Below, piece by piece: positions 51,196 to 61,670 of a stretch of DNA of 64,000 bases. The notes beneath the pieces were generated by a model. It did not search any database, was not told where the DNA came from, and saw nothing but the letters and a program-made list of their open reading frames with translations. This DNA comes from a virus, in the IMG/VR virus record IMGVR_UViG_3300022752_000019, positions 64,001 to 128,000 of that record; one strand, written 5' to 3'. Positions within the stretch are counted from its first letter, which is position 1. Every line of letters begins with the position of its first letter. A program made the position numbers and the translations under genes.

Positions 51196-54100
51196 CTACC
51201 CTCTCTTACCGATTCCGGTGATTGAAGTTACCCCTAACGCGCTGTTTCCGTCAATGGCAGAGACGTAGTCTTTGACCCTTTTTGCGCGCTCAGCACGCGG
51301 GTCAAGTCTGGTAGCCTCCTGCTTGTCGATTGTAAACGGATCTTGGCCCCCGGAGTGCCCAGTGTGCCTAAGCCCGGCATCCAAGATGTCCAGGAACTCA
51401 AGTTCTGTCCCGTAGTCGCTACGGCCGAAGTTTACCGCGTTGGAGTGGAAGCCTCCATAGTACTTTGCATCCGCAGGCAACGGCGAGGGCGGCGGAGGCT
51501 CGACGTTTACGACTGCTTTTTTTGTAGTGTCATACCTGACCCGTTTCGAGCCGAGGACCTCGGAGAACGTCGCAACATCTCTGCGCGTATACTCGTAGAT
51601 CCACTCAAGCGGATCGGGCGCGATCTCTCCAGAAGACCCAGAGTCCACGCGAGCTACCTGCTTTGCGTAGGTGATGCAGAGCTGATCTACGGCCTCTTCC
51701 ACGCTGTTTACTGAGAACTTGGAGTTCTGCACGTCATCGACGATCGCGCGCGTACCGAAGAACGGGTCGTAGATCTCACTCGAAATCCGCTCGGCCCCGT
51801 ACGCATCCGACATCCAAATCGGACGCAGTGACTCCTCGACTGGTAAAATCTTCTCTGGATCGACTTGGCCGCCAAGGTCCGCCTCGAACTGCGAACCGGG
51901 CAGGATTAGCGGCATGTAACTAATAACATATTGTCCACTGTTATAGAAAAACCGTGTAAGCACGATGTCCGTCTCAGAATCCAGCGGTCCGAGATCGAAC
52001 TCAGTTGGAAGCGCCGTGCTGATCGAGATCTCAGTGTTGTCTGTGTCCTCTACGCCGTCACTGGTATCTTGCGCCTCGACTGCCGTTCGGACCCATACAA
52101 GCGTTGGAGTTCCCGTCCACGACCCGGACTTGACGTCCTTGCCTCGGTAACGAACACTCTTAAACGTGGTGACGCTTGTCTCAGCCTCATCGCTGCTTGC
52201 ATCGTAGGAGGCTCCCACTGCGGGAAGGCTGGTTGGGTCAATGACCTGCTTTGGAGTAGCGCCATACTGGACCTCGAACAGCTGCGCGTCGTTCAGAAGA
52301 TCCTCGATCTTAGACCGCTTAAATGAAGCAGCGATCGCCGCCCAACCGAAGTCGAAATCTTTCCCACTTTCGGCTACGGTCCTCTTTTGACCCATCGGAA
52401 TGAAAATCCCTTCACCACCAAGCTGTTGATCCGCTCGAGACGGGTCTTGGATCTCAAGGGTTCCTTCACGGTTAATCAGCGTCGAGAACAGGTCGTCGGT
52501 CTTGTCTCCCGTGCGATGTGACCGAACATGTGTCAGTCGAACCTGGGTCTGCGACCCCGCCTGAGAGATAGAATGAGTGACGGCCTGAACCATTCCCAGC
52601 TTAAAGCTTCGGTTTAGACGAAAGTCAGGGTTGCCTGCCTCCTCGGAGGTAATTACCGCGTCGATGACTACTCCTGGAAAGCCGCAGATGATGTGAGGGC
52701 TAAATGCAAGTGACACCGACGCCTGACGAGCCTGATACCGCTCATTCAGAAGATGGAAGTGCGCAATCTTGGGGGCGTAAAGGGCAAGCTCTCCAGTCTC
52801 GTCCGTCTCAGTCGTCGATGCTCCGGAGTCCTTGTTGATGTAGAACATCGTATCGAGCATGCGCTCAAACTTCGGCACGACTCCGCTGAACTTCTCGTGG
52901 TCGTAGATGATGATCTCGGCCGCACTGTTGAGGCCTTGGCTTTCGAGCGAAGCACGCCCGTTGATCTGCGGAGCGAAGATGGTGTTGCTGACTGCGGCGC
53001 TGTTCTCCGCAAACTCAAATCCGACGTTTAGAGACAGTCGCGAGGTTTCGCGCATCATCTCTCTTTGCGCTGTAAATGCTTGGATCATGTCGGGAAACAT
53101 GACATTGCTGCGCGGAGGGGACACGAACCACACGTCAGGACGTAGAACAAACGAGTGCAGGCGCTCACGCGGACTCGTCGGACCAGAATCCAGCCTTACA
53201 TCCTCAACGGTAGTCGGCGTAACCCCCGGGATGTCTGCGTACTGCACATGAACTGGATCGTTGCCGATTCCAAGGATGGAGTCGAAAAGGGGGTCAATTT
53301 TTTGACCACGGCCAATCTTAAGGAGCACATGAAGCAGAGGGGTCTTGGCCCCGCTTAAGATAGCACCGAATGTCCTCCAGTCCTCTGCAAGGATGAGATC
53401 CGAAGTCAGCAATTCTTGGCTGCTAGAGTAGATCGTGGCGTAGATATCCGGATAGGCAACAATCCGTGCACGGAGCTGTGCAACGTCGGTCACGGAGACG
53501 TCTCTCAGGCTCAGTCGATAAAGGGCGTTTCTGAGCCTCAGATACCAACTTCCTTGACCGTCAACACGCTCCAAGCCCTTCCCCGGTGCGTGCGTCTTAT
53601 AAGGCATTCTCACGTTACCCAGCGCAGGAGCGTCTACCGGGCCCAGGATCTTTGCTTTCGTGACCTTGTCTTGGTCCAGGTATCTAAAGCGAATATCGAT
53701 AGCAAGGCCTCGCTCGTGCGCCGTGAGTGTCTCGTCCCCAGGCGCGTTCTCTCTGTACGCAGACGTGATGTAGACCTCTGCCGGACCTCCCTTCAGAACT
53801 CCACGTCGAAGAGTGTCATCTACTATCTTAAGGAACGGAGTTACCTCGTCTACGAACTTCTTTGAGAGGGACAACGTATTCGCGCGTCCTGACGCCGCAA
53901 ATTCGCTGAAGGTTGCGTCCTGTGACGTCTCTGCCAGTGGGATCGAGAACTCGGGTACGTCCCGATTTGGGTACGTTGGCTTAGTAAGGCTGACTCCTGG
54001 GACATACTTTGCCACAGGGTTCGGCACCATCGCGTACATGATGTAGTTCAGGACAATGTCTACGACCCGCCTGAAGGAGATGACGCTTCCCTCAGAGCCA

Positions 54101-54825
54101 ATCTTGTTCCTGAGCCAGTCGGAGAACTGCACTGCATCGAAGATCTTCGCGGCAGTTTCTCCGGAGTCAGCTACGAGCGTCTCCAGCAGGCGTACTTGCC
54201 GCTCATGGACAGTCGTCCACTGATTGACTCCGTAGGTGTGGCCCTGAACGCCCACCAGTCTTTCGATAATCGCAAGTAGACCTCCCAACACACTCGAGCT
54301 GACGGGGCTGGCGGAACTTGTAGGTCCGAGCTGAGAAAGCTGCCGAATCATCTCGGAGGGCGAGTTGATGATGTTGTCAAACTCAGAGTCCAGCGTTGCA
54401 AGGAACCTCGAGCTGTTTGCTAAGATTGGATTATTTTGGTCATCGCTGGTAGTGAAATTCATGCTGTAGATGTAAGAGGTATCGAGGACGTTCGAGAAAT
54501 CCATGCAGTTGAGGGTTACGGACCGCGACCCCATTCCAACTTTGCTCTGAGAAATGCTGAATACTTCGCCGCAAAACAGCAACCTGTAGTCGCTGTTGTC
54601 TGGGCTACTCTTTCCGCTGTTCTTGAATTTGATGTGGTCAAGGTAGAAGAGGTGGACAATCGTTCTTGGGAGGATCAGGTCTACCGTGTCGTGTGGGACG
54701 ATGTCGATGCTTGCGGTCGCGGCCGTACCTACCGCAGCACTGACCGAGGCTCCGATCACGGGAACTTGGATCCCTTCGAGGTAGAGCCGCAGGTCAAGGA
54801 GGTAGCCAGGCGCAGACTGCATCAT
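51196..54825 (-). CDS. Baseplate hub-like tail protein with inserted M15-family Zn peptidase
   Basis: LRLYLEGIQVPV, LLFCGEV, VTLNCMD; ITSAYR...HERGLAIDI...PVHVQ; GMVQAVTHSIS. Confidence 0.7.
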   Translation of the reverse strand: MMQSAPGYLLDLRLYLEGIQVPVIGASVSAAVGTAATASIDIVPHDTVDLILPRTIVHLFYLDHIKFKNSGKSSPDNSDYRLLFCGEVFSISQSKVGMGSRSVTLNCMDFSNVLDTSYIYSMNFTTSDDQNNPILANSSRFLATLDSEFDNIINSPSEMIRQLSQLGPTSSASPVSSSVLGGLLAIIERLVGVQGHTYGVNQWTTVHERQVRLLETLVADSGETAAKIFDAVQFSDWLRNKIGSEGSVISFRRVVDIVLNYIMYAMVPNPVAKYVPGVSLTKPTYPNRDVPEFSIPLAETSQDATFSEFAASGRANTLSLSKKFVDEVTPFLKIVDDTLRRGVLKGGPAEVYITSAYRENAPGDETLTAHERGLAIDIRFRYLDQDKVTKAKILGPVDAPALGNVRMPYKTHAPGKGLERVDGQGSWYLRLRNALYRLSLRDVSVTDVAQLRARIVAYPDIYATIYSSSQELLTSDLILAEDWRTFGAILSGAKTPLLHVLLKIGRGQKIDPLFDSILGIGNDPVHVQYADIPGVTPTTVEDVRLDSGPTSPRERLHSFVLRPDVWFVSPPRSNVMFPDMIQAFTAQREMMRETSRLSLNVGFEFAENSAAVSNTIFAPQINGRASLESQGLNSAAEIIIYDHEKFSGVVPKFERMLDTMFYINKDSGASTTETDETGELALYAPKIAHFHLLNERYQARQASVSLAFSPHIICGFPGVVIDAVITSEEAGNPDFRLNRSFKLGMVQAVTHSISQAGSQTQVRLTHVRSHRTGDKTDDLFSTLINREGTLEIQDPSRADQQLGGEGIFIPMGQKRTVAESGKDFDFGWAAIAASFKRSKIEDLLNDAQLFEVQYGATPKQVIDPTSLPAVGASYDASSDEAETSVTTFKSVRYRGKDVKSGSWTGTPTLVWVRTAVEAQDTSDGVEDTDNTEISISTALPTEFDLGPLDSETDIVLTRFFYNSGQYVISYMPLILPGSQFEADLGGQVDPEKILPVEESLRPIWMSDAYGAERISSEIYDPFFGTRAIVDDVQNSKFSVNSVEEAVDQLCITYAKQVARVDSGSSGEIAPDPLEWIYEYTRRDVATFSEVLGSKRVRYDTTKKAVVNVEPPPPSPLPADAKYYGGFHSNAVNFGRSDYGTELEFLDILDAGLRHTGHSGGQDPFTIDKQEATRLDPRAERAKRVKDYVSAIDGNSALGVTSITGIGKRG

Positions 54826-56483
54826 AGGATCACCGACATGATCGCCCCAATGGTCCCAGGATAGATAACCCCTGTCTCTCCACGAAGCCGTGCAGCCTTG
54901 CTCTCTTGGACGAGACGCTCTTGCTCCGCGTTCCTCTGTGAACGTGCCACCTTCTCCTGAAAGTCTGACCGCTGAGCTGCGCCGAGATTACCGGAGTTCG
55001 GATTCGTAATGCTCTCTTGTAGCTTCTTGCGGCTATTAACCACACTCTTCCCAATAAAGAACGTCGCAACTCCAAACGCAGCTCTGCTGACGATTCGGAG
55101 CGTTTCGGACACTTTCTGGGCCTTATAGTTTGCCCAGTAGTACGATTCTGCCTGCTGCTCGAGAGAATCTGCGCCACGAACCACCGGGCCTGGGAACGGG
55201 GTGACGTCGATGCCGAAGGCTGCAAACGCGGCCACTGACTGTGGGGCGTATAGAGCAGCCTGCCCAGCTTGCGCTAACTCCCTCTTACGAATCTCGAAGT
55301 CTATCAATGCCTCTTGCACAAATGGAAAATTTACTGGGTAGTTTGTGTACTCATCGGTGTTCTGGTAATAGTAGCGTGAAGTGCGTTGGAGGGACTTTAG
55401 CAGGTCGTCCGAAATTTCTCCATCGGTGTTTGAGCGCAGAATGACCGTCTTGGCTGCTCCGGGCTCGTCGGAAAATGCCAAGATTTTTGATCCAAAGAAG
55501 TTTGTTAGTGCAAGACCTTGCAGGCTTTCTACCGCCGATCCCTCAGCAAAGAGCGAGTTCCTTGGAGGACCGGACGCAACGTAATTGATCGGAATTACCA
55601 AGTTCCGCCCAAACAAAAAGTTTCTTGCTTCTCGAACAGTGTTGTCAATTGCCGCATCAATCGCATTTAGAGCGGATGCAAACTTGGACATGCCGGAGGG
55701 CTCTGCCCGAAAAGGAGACAGCTTGATGTTGGTTCGGCGTACTGACGCTGTCGAACTCTCCTCAAGTCGGAGCTGATCCTCTGGACTCGAGAGGGCGCCG
55801 ACGCCCAGTAGGTCTTGTTTCTCACCAATTCGCCGCGGAGCCTCGTAGTAGATCTGCGAACGGACAAGCCTTTCGACGAATATAGAGAAGCTTACCTGGA
55901 TCGTGTAGGGATCCTGGGCAGTGATCATTGAGGTGCAGTTGGTGATGTATCCGCGGATAATGGTCGAGTCTCGGCCGTCGGCGTATGTCAGCTCCGCAAT
56001 TGAGTTTGAGGAAGCCAAGCTCGTTCCACGTAGAGACTGGCTGTAGTTTTCCCACCACTCCTTGTGCCACTCAAAGTCGGCTGAGTTCGGGAGGATGGCA
56101 GTGCAGGAGATGATCCGAGGCTGTTCTCCGAAGAAGAACGCGTAAGTGGCGCCGAATGTCGTGATGAACTGAGACTTTTCGTTCCGAGTCTCGGTTACGT
56201 TCTGAAGTAGGAAGTTATGCGTTGTAACAACCGGACGCCCGGTAGCGGGGGAGCTGGTGTTGATGAGTTGCGATCTTCCCGCCTTATCGACGATGGTCAG
56301 CGAGGCATGCGTATCCTTTGGGACCACAATCCCGCGCATTGGCCTACGAATGAAATCTGGGTTGTCAGTCTCAGCACGCATACCCCAGAACGAGATTTTA
56401 TCTTCACGCTCTCCGAGGTCCGCACTTAAAAATCTCCTGCTCATGTCAACTTCGGCTGCATTTTGGAATACAGTTACGCTCAT
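54822..56483 (-). CDS. Tail tube-initiator/baseplate-like protein
   Basis: NFLLQNVTETRNEKSQFITTFG..YAFFFGEQPR; lies between tape measure and hub. Confidence 0.55.
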   Translation of the reverse strand: MSVTVFQNAAEVDMSRRFLSADLGEREDKISFWGMRAETDNPDFIRRPMRGIVVPKDTHASLTIVDKAGRSQLINTSSPATGRPVVTTHNFLLQNVTETRNEKSQFITTFGATYAFFFGEQPRIISCTAILPNSADFEWHKEWWENYSQSLRGTSLASSNSIAELTYADGRDSTIIRGYITNCTSMITAQDPYTIQVSFSIFVERLVRSQIYYEAPRRIGEKQDLLGVGALSSPEDQLRLEESSTASVRRTNIKLSPFRAEPSGMSKFASALNAIDAAIDNTVREARNFLFGRNLVIPINYVASGPPRNSLFAEGSAVESLQGLALTNFFGSKILAFSDEPGAAKTVILRSNTDGEISDDLLKSLQRTSRYYYQNTDEYTNYPVNFPFVQEALIDFEIRKRELAQAGQAALYAPQSVAAFAAFGIDVTPFPGPVVRGADSLEQQAESYYWANYKAQKVSETLRIVSRAAFGVATFFIGKSVVNSRKKLQESITNPNSGNLGAAQRSDFQEKVARSQRNAEQERLVQESKAARLRGETGVIYPGTIGAIMSVIL

Positions 56484-56734
56484 CGACGCACCACTGGAAC
56501 ACGGGACTGGATTAGAGCACTGATTGCTGAGTATTCCATCACGGACACGTACGCCTCCCTGGAGACGCGCTCAGCAACCAAGTTCCGTACTGCCTGCCGC
56601 ATGAAGTCATCCGCCGCAGGATACTCTACAATGGTGACCTCTCGCAGCAATCCTCTTTCATCGGTAATCTTGAACTGTCGCGCAGTACGAGAGTCCGAGA
56701 TGGCATCGAGAATCTGAACTGTTGACATGGTCAC
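56480..56734 (-). CDS. Hypothetical protein
   Basis: Coupled ORF after the tape measure. Confidence 0.6.
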   Translation of the reverse strand: MTMSTVQILDAISDSRTARQFKITDERGLLREVTIVEYPAADDFMRQAVRNLVAERVSREAYVSVMEYSAISALIQSRVPVVRR

Positions 56735-59700
56735 TCCTCCGGATTTTCAATTTTGATGACATTGTCGGCTTTCAGCTTAGTGTACAGCGAGTCAACCATC
56801 TCAGCGGTCTTGTAGATAGACAGTGACTGTCGCTCCATTTCGCTCATGCCGCCGTTCAAGAACTGCTCGGCCTTCCCGGACATGCCGATGCCCTCTGTCA
56901 CGACGCCCGCAAGGGCGGAGCGTAACCCTGCCTGGTCGGTGGTCTTGATCTGCCCTCCCTCCGTCACCGCACCGGAAGACGCCAGTACCCGTGTCAGAGT
57001 TTCCTCGTCGAGTCCTGTCGCCTGCTTGGCCTCTGCAAGAGTGAGACCTCCCTTCTCTGCCTGCTCGAGCTGCTTGTAGACCTGGACACCAAACCCAAGA
57101 ACACGCTCTCCCTCGGAAGCAGTAGACCCGGCGCTAAAGTCCTGCTTGGCAAGCTGTTCAATAGCTGACCGGATGCCTTGCTGGTTGCCCTCAACCGTTA
57201 GACCCTGCGCTGCTGCGGCAGTCACAAGGCCCTGGAGCTTCTCCTGCCTCTTGGCAGTAGACACCTTCGAGTCAATGGCTCCAGCAGCCTTGGAGATGGC
57301 CTCTGTAATCTCTTTCGATACCCCAGTCGCAGCACGATCGGCAGCACCCTTTCCGGTACGGCCCTTCAGCATTGTGTTCATATCCTTCAGGTCTCTTCCA
57401 GAGACGTTTAGGCCATACTTTGAATTTATCCTCTTAGCCGCAGCCTCAAACTCGTCGTCAGTGACAAGTCCAGAAAGCTCCTTGTCGATATCCTTTTGAT
57501 TGTCCGAGTACAGCTTCAGCAGTCCGGATGCCTCTCCTCCCTCTGCCAGTCGAGAGACTGCCTCCTCGTTATCGGTATCGAAGGCCAGCAGGCTTACTCC
57601 TCCCAGGAAGGCATTCCTGGCGCCAAACATGTCTGCGTCGGTGAACCCCGCAAACAAAGAGTCTCCGTACATTGCGCGCTTGGCATCAAGTTGGAGCTGC
57701 TTAATGTCCTTCGCAGAACCCTCCGCGCCCTCTGTCCTTCCTACATTTGCTTCGGTGACAAGCTTGAGCCCGGCCTCTCCTCCCTGCTCTGCGATAAGCG
57801 CAAAGAGTTGGTCCTTATCGTAGGTGCGATACGTCTCCCCTTGTCGAAAACGGCCAAGTTTTAGGTCGTTAGCAAGGCGATCCATTTCCCGCTCAGTAAG
57901 AGCACCGCCACCCTCCCTTAGCCGCGCGACTCGATTTGCAATGTCTACTCCGGAAGCGGCCGCACGCGCACGCGTCTCATCAGTCATGGAGGGCAGAGCG
58001 TTGCGCAGCGCCCCGAAGTCTCCCGATACCGCGGATAGCCGAGCTGCATCTCCCACGCCGAGCTTCACGTTGAGCGTATCTGCTCCGCGAAGTCCGCTGA
58101 TGATGGCATCTTGCATCGCCTTACTGCTGGCTCCGGCGATTACATCGTTGCCGCCACCAAGCATAACCCGCTCGACGTCCTGGAGACCCCCTACAATATC
58201 TCGGTAGCCTTCTGAGAACGGTTTTGTAAGCGTCTTTTTCGCATCCTCGAGGGTTCCAGTAATCTTTGTATAGGTCCCGCCTAACGTGCGCTGCTCTTTA
58301 AGTTCGGCCGCCCTGTCGTTAACACGCATCTCTTGAACCAACGCATCCATACGCTGCTTTCTCGTGTCCCTGAGTTTCTGGAGGTTGCGGACAGTTCTTC
58401 GATCCATGTTCAGCTGAGTTTCAGCGACCAGCTGGAAGAGATCTTCGTTTTCTCCCGCTCCAGCACCATGCTGTTGTTCTGTCAGCGACTTGATCATGCC
58501 GAGAAGCGCATCCTGCCCCTCGCCAGTCTCCAGCATCGAGGACATGATGTCCTGTCTACGGGCTACGAACGATGCCTGCCCCTCTCTCGTATTCCGCTTA
58601 CCTCCCGCAATACGGGACATCTGATCCCGCGTCATCACGCCGGCAGACATCGACTCGAGGATTCCGCGGTCAACATCGCCCGTAAATCGCCCAGACTCGT
58701 CTACCTGGCCTGCGGCAAGAAGCATGGCGGTTCCAAGACCGCCGGAGAGGCCTTGCATTGTGCCCGAAAGCGTCTGCTGCGCGAGCATCTGCGCTGCTTC
58801 GAGCGGAGTGCCTGCGCCCGTAATGTCGATCATCTGCTCTGGACTCATCGCGCCCGACTTGATCGCGCCCATAAACTGCTCAGTCATCGCAGTCATCGTG
58901 CGCGCACCGCCGAGACCGGACATCTGCGCACTACGAGTCATTCCAGCCCCAGCGCGCTGCATGGCCGCAAACTGGTCCGAGGACATGCCAAAGCCGCGCA
59001 TCAGGGTCATGCTGGCAGTGTTGCCCATGACATCTTGAGCAGTGTAGAAGCCCGATCCCCGCATGTCGCGGAAGATGTTTCCTGCCTCCTCCATGCTGGT
59101 CCCGAGCTTACGGGCCATCTCGTGCATGGTCTTTCCAAGCTGAGTCACACGCTTGGCAAGCTTTTCTGCATCCTGGATGCCTTGGTGCATCCCCATTTCG
59201 GTAAAGCGTTCCGTCGCACGGAGTGCATCAGACATCGACACAAACGGGTTATTTGCTCCAATCGCAGAGATTCCCCTTTGAAGGGTCATTAGGTCGCGCT
59301 GACTGAATCCTCTGCCGGTTCGCGGATCTCCAGACGCATTTGCGAACTGCATGTTTCCAAACATTGCCCCAACTTGATTGGCTTGTTGCACTCCCGACGC
59401 AGCGAGGCCCGCTACTGCGGAGGCGCCCATGAGCCCAAGCCCCGCGTATCCTCCTACCATACCCATCATGAGGCCGCTATCCGCGGCAGTTCCAATCCAG
59501 CCGGACGTCAAAATGGGAGCTCCCAGCAACCGAGACCCAAGGTTGATTAGCCCTGCGCCCATGACGCCTGCCTGTCCGGCTTCTGCCATCCCATGTACTG
59601 CGCCAATTCCTCCTGAGACTAAGGAGTTACCCATGTAAGCCCCCCCTCGATGCTGCGCATGAGGAGTGTCTTGGGCGTAGCTAAACGAGGGGGGGTAGTG

Positions 59701-59751
59701 AGATGAGCCCAAGGTGGGCTGCATCTGCTGCATTCCCGGGTTGGTGTACAT
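56731..59751 (-). CDS. Tape measure protein
   Basis: 1006 aa, helical and Gly/Ala/Met-rich with hydrophobic segments; upstream of hub genes. Confidence 0.7.
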   Translation of the reverse strand: MYTNPGMQQMQPTLGSSHYPPSFSYAQDTPHAQHRGGAYMGNSLVSGGIGAVHGMAEAGQAGVMGAGLINLGSRLLGAPILTSGWIGTAADSGLMMGMVGGYAGLGLMGASAVAGLAASGVQQANQVGAMFGNMQFANASGDPRTGRGFSQRDLMTLQRGISAIGANNPFVSMSDALRATERFTEMGMHQGIQDAEKLAKRVTQLGKTMHEMARKLGTSMEEAGNIFRDMRGSGFYTAQDVMGNTASMTLMRGFGMSSDQFAAMQRAGAGMTRSAQMSGLGGARTMTAMTEQFMGAIKSGAMSPEQMIDITGAGTPLEAAQMLAQQTLSGTMQGLSGGLGTAMLLAAGQVDESGRFTGDVDRGILESMSAGVMTRDQMSRIAGGKRNTREGQASFVARRQDIMSSMLETGEGQDALLGMIKSLTEQQHGAGAGENEDLFQLVAETQLNMDRRTVRNLQKLRDTRKQRMDALVQEMRVNDRAAELKEQRTLGGTYTKITGTLEDAKKTLTKPFSEGYRDIVGGLQDVERVMLGGGNDVIAGASSKAMQDAIISGLRGADTLNVKLGVGDAARLSAVSGDFGALRNALPSMTDETRARAAASGVDIANRVARLREGGGALTEREMDRLANDLKLGRFRQGETYRTYDKDQLFALIAEQGGEAGLKLVTEANVGRTEGAEGSAKDIKQLQLDAKRAMYGDSLFAGFTDADMFGARNAFLGGVSLLAFDTDNEEAVSRLAEGGEASGLLKLYSDNQKDIDKELSGLVTDDEFEAAAKRINSKYGLNVSGRDLKDMNTMLKGRTGKGAADRAATGVSKEITEAISKAAGAIDSKVSTAKRQEKLQGLVTAAAAQGLTVEGNQQGIRSAIEQLAKQDFSAGSTASEGERVLGFGVQVYKQLEQAEKGGLTLAEAKQATGLDEETLTRVLASSGAVTEGGQIKTTDQAGLRSALAGVVTEGIGMSGKAEQFLNGGMSEMERQSLSIYKTAEMVDSLYTKLKADNVIKIENPEE

Positions 59752-59777
59752 AAAAAACCCCTGGTTTTAGGTCATAA
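59751..59777 (+). promoter_or_regulatory. Putative phage promoter TAAA-N15-GGTCATAA (copy 2)
   Basis: TAAAAAACCCCTGGTTTTAGGTCATAA followed by TAAGGAGG SD and ATG 59797. Confidence 0.7.
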
Positions 59778-59796
59778 TATAGGTAAGGAGGTGCCT

Positions 59797-60141
59797 ATGT
59801 TTTTGGCTCTTATTGCGTTCGCAGTGGCAAACGTTACCGCAACCACCGCCGCCAAAGTCCGCGAGGACGAGGCGGAGAAGAACGAGCGGCGGGCCTTTGC
59901 CGCCGCCTTGAAGGAGGCGACTGTCCTCCTTCAGGGGGAGAAGGTCAGCCCCTGGGCGGAAAGGGGCTACGAAGACAACGGTGCTCGATCGGTCGTTCTC
60001 CACGGGGTGGAGTTTTTCTTCACGCCCGCGGAGGTCTCGTGGCTGGAAACGGCCACGAGCGGGGGCACTGATTTCAGTGCTCCCGAAGTTGCCCATCTGT
60101 TGGGCAAAGGCCTGCTGCGGGCCCACGCAAAGCCGCAGTAG
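59797..60141 (+). CDS. Monocistronic hypothetical protein with hydrophobic N-terminus
   Basis: Perfect TAAGGAGGT SD, with its own promoter motif and downstream hairpin. Confidence 0.75.
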   Translation: MFLALIAFAVANVTATTAAKVREDEAEKNERRAFAAALKEATVLLQGEKVSPWAERGYEDNGARSVVLHGVEFFFTPAEVSWLETATSGGTDFSAPEVAHLLGKGLLRAHAKPQ

Positions 60142-60145
60142 TAGA

Positions 60146-60167
60146 GCGGGGCCCTTCGGGGCCCCGC
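60146..60167. terminator. UUCG-tetraloop hairpin between convergent genes
   Basis: GCGGGGCCC-ttcg-GGGCCCCGC. Confidence 0.7.
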
Positions 60168-60179
60168 CTCTCAGCGCGG

Positions 60180-60374
60180 TCACGTTAGCTGACATGGACC
60201 GCGCTCTTTCTCATTCGAGAGCGTGAACTTACCCGTCTCTTTAGCTACCAGAAAAGACTTGATGATAGATCGCTCAAACCGCGCCAGCGGCTCAGCTCCC
60301 TGAGACTGAAACCACTTGTCGAACGCCTCGATTTCTCGATCCGTACGATCTAAAAGTTCTTTCTTTGTGGTCAT
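60180..60374 (-). CDS. 64-aa hypothetical protein (MTTKKELLDR...)
   Basis: GGAG SD before ATG 60374; only this 3' part of the 341-aa track ORF is plausible. Confidence 0.6.
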   Translation of the reverse strand: MTTKKELLDRTDREIEAFDKWFQSQGAEPLARFERSIIKSFLVAKETGKFTLSNEKERGPCQLT

Positions 60375-60376
60375 AA
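60351..60376 (+). promoter_or_regulatory. Putative phage promoter TAAA-N14-GGTCATAA (copy 3) for the ligase gene
   Basis: TAAAAGTTCTTTCTTTGTGGTCATAA, 16 nt upstream of the ligase ATG. Confidence 0.6.
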
Positions 60377-60392
60377 CTTCTCCGGAGGTCAC

Positions 60393-61667
60393 ATGGAGTA
60401 TATCACCCTGTACAATCATGCGCGAAACGGCGGACTGCGGATCTGGCAGGTTGCCGTCGTTGGGAACGAGGTCCACACGCGGTTTGGTCAGCTTAACGGC
60501 AAGCTCCAGACCGTCGTGGACTACGGCATGGAGAAGAATGTTGGCAAGACCAACTACATTTCGGCCGAGCAGGATGCTCAGAACATGATGTCTCGGATGA
60601 TCCGCGATCAGAAGCGGCAGGGCTACTCCGAGGACGCCCCGGCGGGAGATGTGGGGTTTGCTCCGTTTGCGGAGCTTCCCGACAATCTGGCCTTCTACAA
60701 GCCGCAGAACACGCTCAGTCCGGCTCTGCGGAAGAAGCTGGACGAAGGCATGGCGTGGGCTCTGCGGAAGTACGACGGCGAGATGATGGTCATCCAGCGT
60801 CGTCTGGACGGTTCGGTGGTTATGTACTCGCGGCGCATGCTGAAGTCGCACCACAACGAGGACATTCCCTGGGCAGAGCGGTTTCCGTTCATCGCCGAGG
60901 AGGCGCGTCGCCTGCCGGTCGGCACGATTCTGCTTGGCGAGGTCACGGGGCCGCACGATCACGATGATCGCTGGCTCGTGGCGCAGGTGATGAAGTCCCT
61001 CACCCCGCGCTCCCTCGAGCTTCAGCAGGAGCACGGGTTCTTGCGCTACCGTGCGTGGGATGTGGCATGGTACAAATACATACAGCTTCTCGGAGAGATA
61101 CAGTATCGCTACAGGTACGACGTGCTCGAAGAGATCGCCGGCACTCACATCCTGGCAGCAGAGGCATTCATCGACTCCGACGTGGAGAGTGCGGATCAAC
61201 TGCAAGAGATGGCCGCCAGGAACAAGTGGGAGGGCTTCGTCATCGTCGATCCCACGTCAACGTACGGAGATCGCGGCTTCAACCTGCGGGGAAAGGCCGA
61301 GCGGCCGTCAACCTGCGGCAAGCTGAAGCCCTTCTTCGAGGACGACTTCATCGCACGCTGGAACCCCGCGCAAGGAGTGGGAAGTCACGGGAGCGGCAAG
61401 TACTCGGGAATGCTCGGCGCAGTCGAGCTCTACCAGTACGACGCCGCAGGAGAGCTGCGATACATCTGCGAATGTGGCAACGGGTTCACGGCCGACTTCA
61501 TCGCCAGGAACTCAGACCCCTCATGCTGGCCCAAGGTCATTCAGGTGCGCTACGAGTCTCGCACCTACATGAGCGAGGGCGATAAGTCCAACGCCCTTCA
61601 GTTCCCGCGCTTCATCGCAGAGCGCGGAGACAAGGACGCGGAGGAGTGCATCAACCCCCTGCTGTAG
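60393..61667 (+). CDS. lig: ATP-dependent DNA ligase with N-terminal WGR-like domain
   Basis: RKYDG, YSRR, LLGEV, AWDV, WEGFVI, KLKP, GSGKYSGMLGA, CGNGF, LQFPRF...R.DK. Confidence 0.92.
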   Translation: MEYITLYNHARNGGLRIWQVAVVGNEVHTRFGQLNGKLQTVVDYGMEKNVGKTNYISAEQDAQNMMSRMIRDQKRQGYSEDAPAGDVGFAPFAELPDNLAFYKPQNTLSPALRKKLDEGMAWALRKYDGEMMVIQRRLDGSVVMYSRRMLKSHHNEDIPWAERFPFIAEEARRLPVGTILLGEVTGPHDHDDRWLVAQVMKSLTPRSLELQQEHGFLRYRAWDVAWYKYIQLLGEIQYRYRYDVLEEIAGTHILAAEAFIDSDVESADQLQEMAARNKWEGFVIVDPTSTYGDRGFNLRGKAERPSTCGKLKPFFEDDFIARWNPAQGVGSHGSGKYSGMLGAVELYQYDAAGELRYICECGNGFTADFIARNSDPSCWPKVIQVRYESRTYMSEGDKSNALQFPRFIAERGDKDAEECINPLL

Positions 61668-61670
61668 TAC

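Noticed and set aside
60375-61205. Upstream part of the 341-aa minus ORF
   Set aside because: Antisense to the ligase; only the part from ATG 60374 has an SD.
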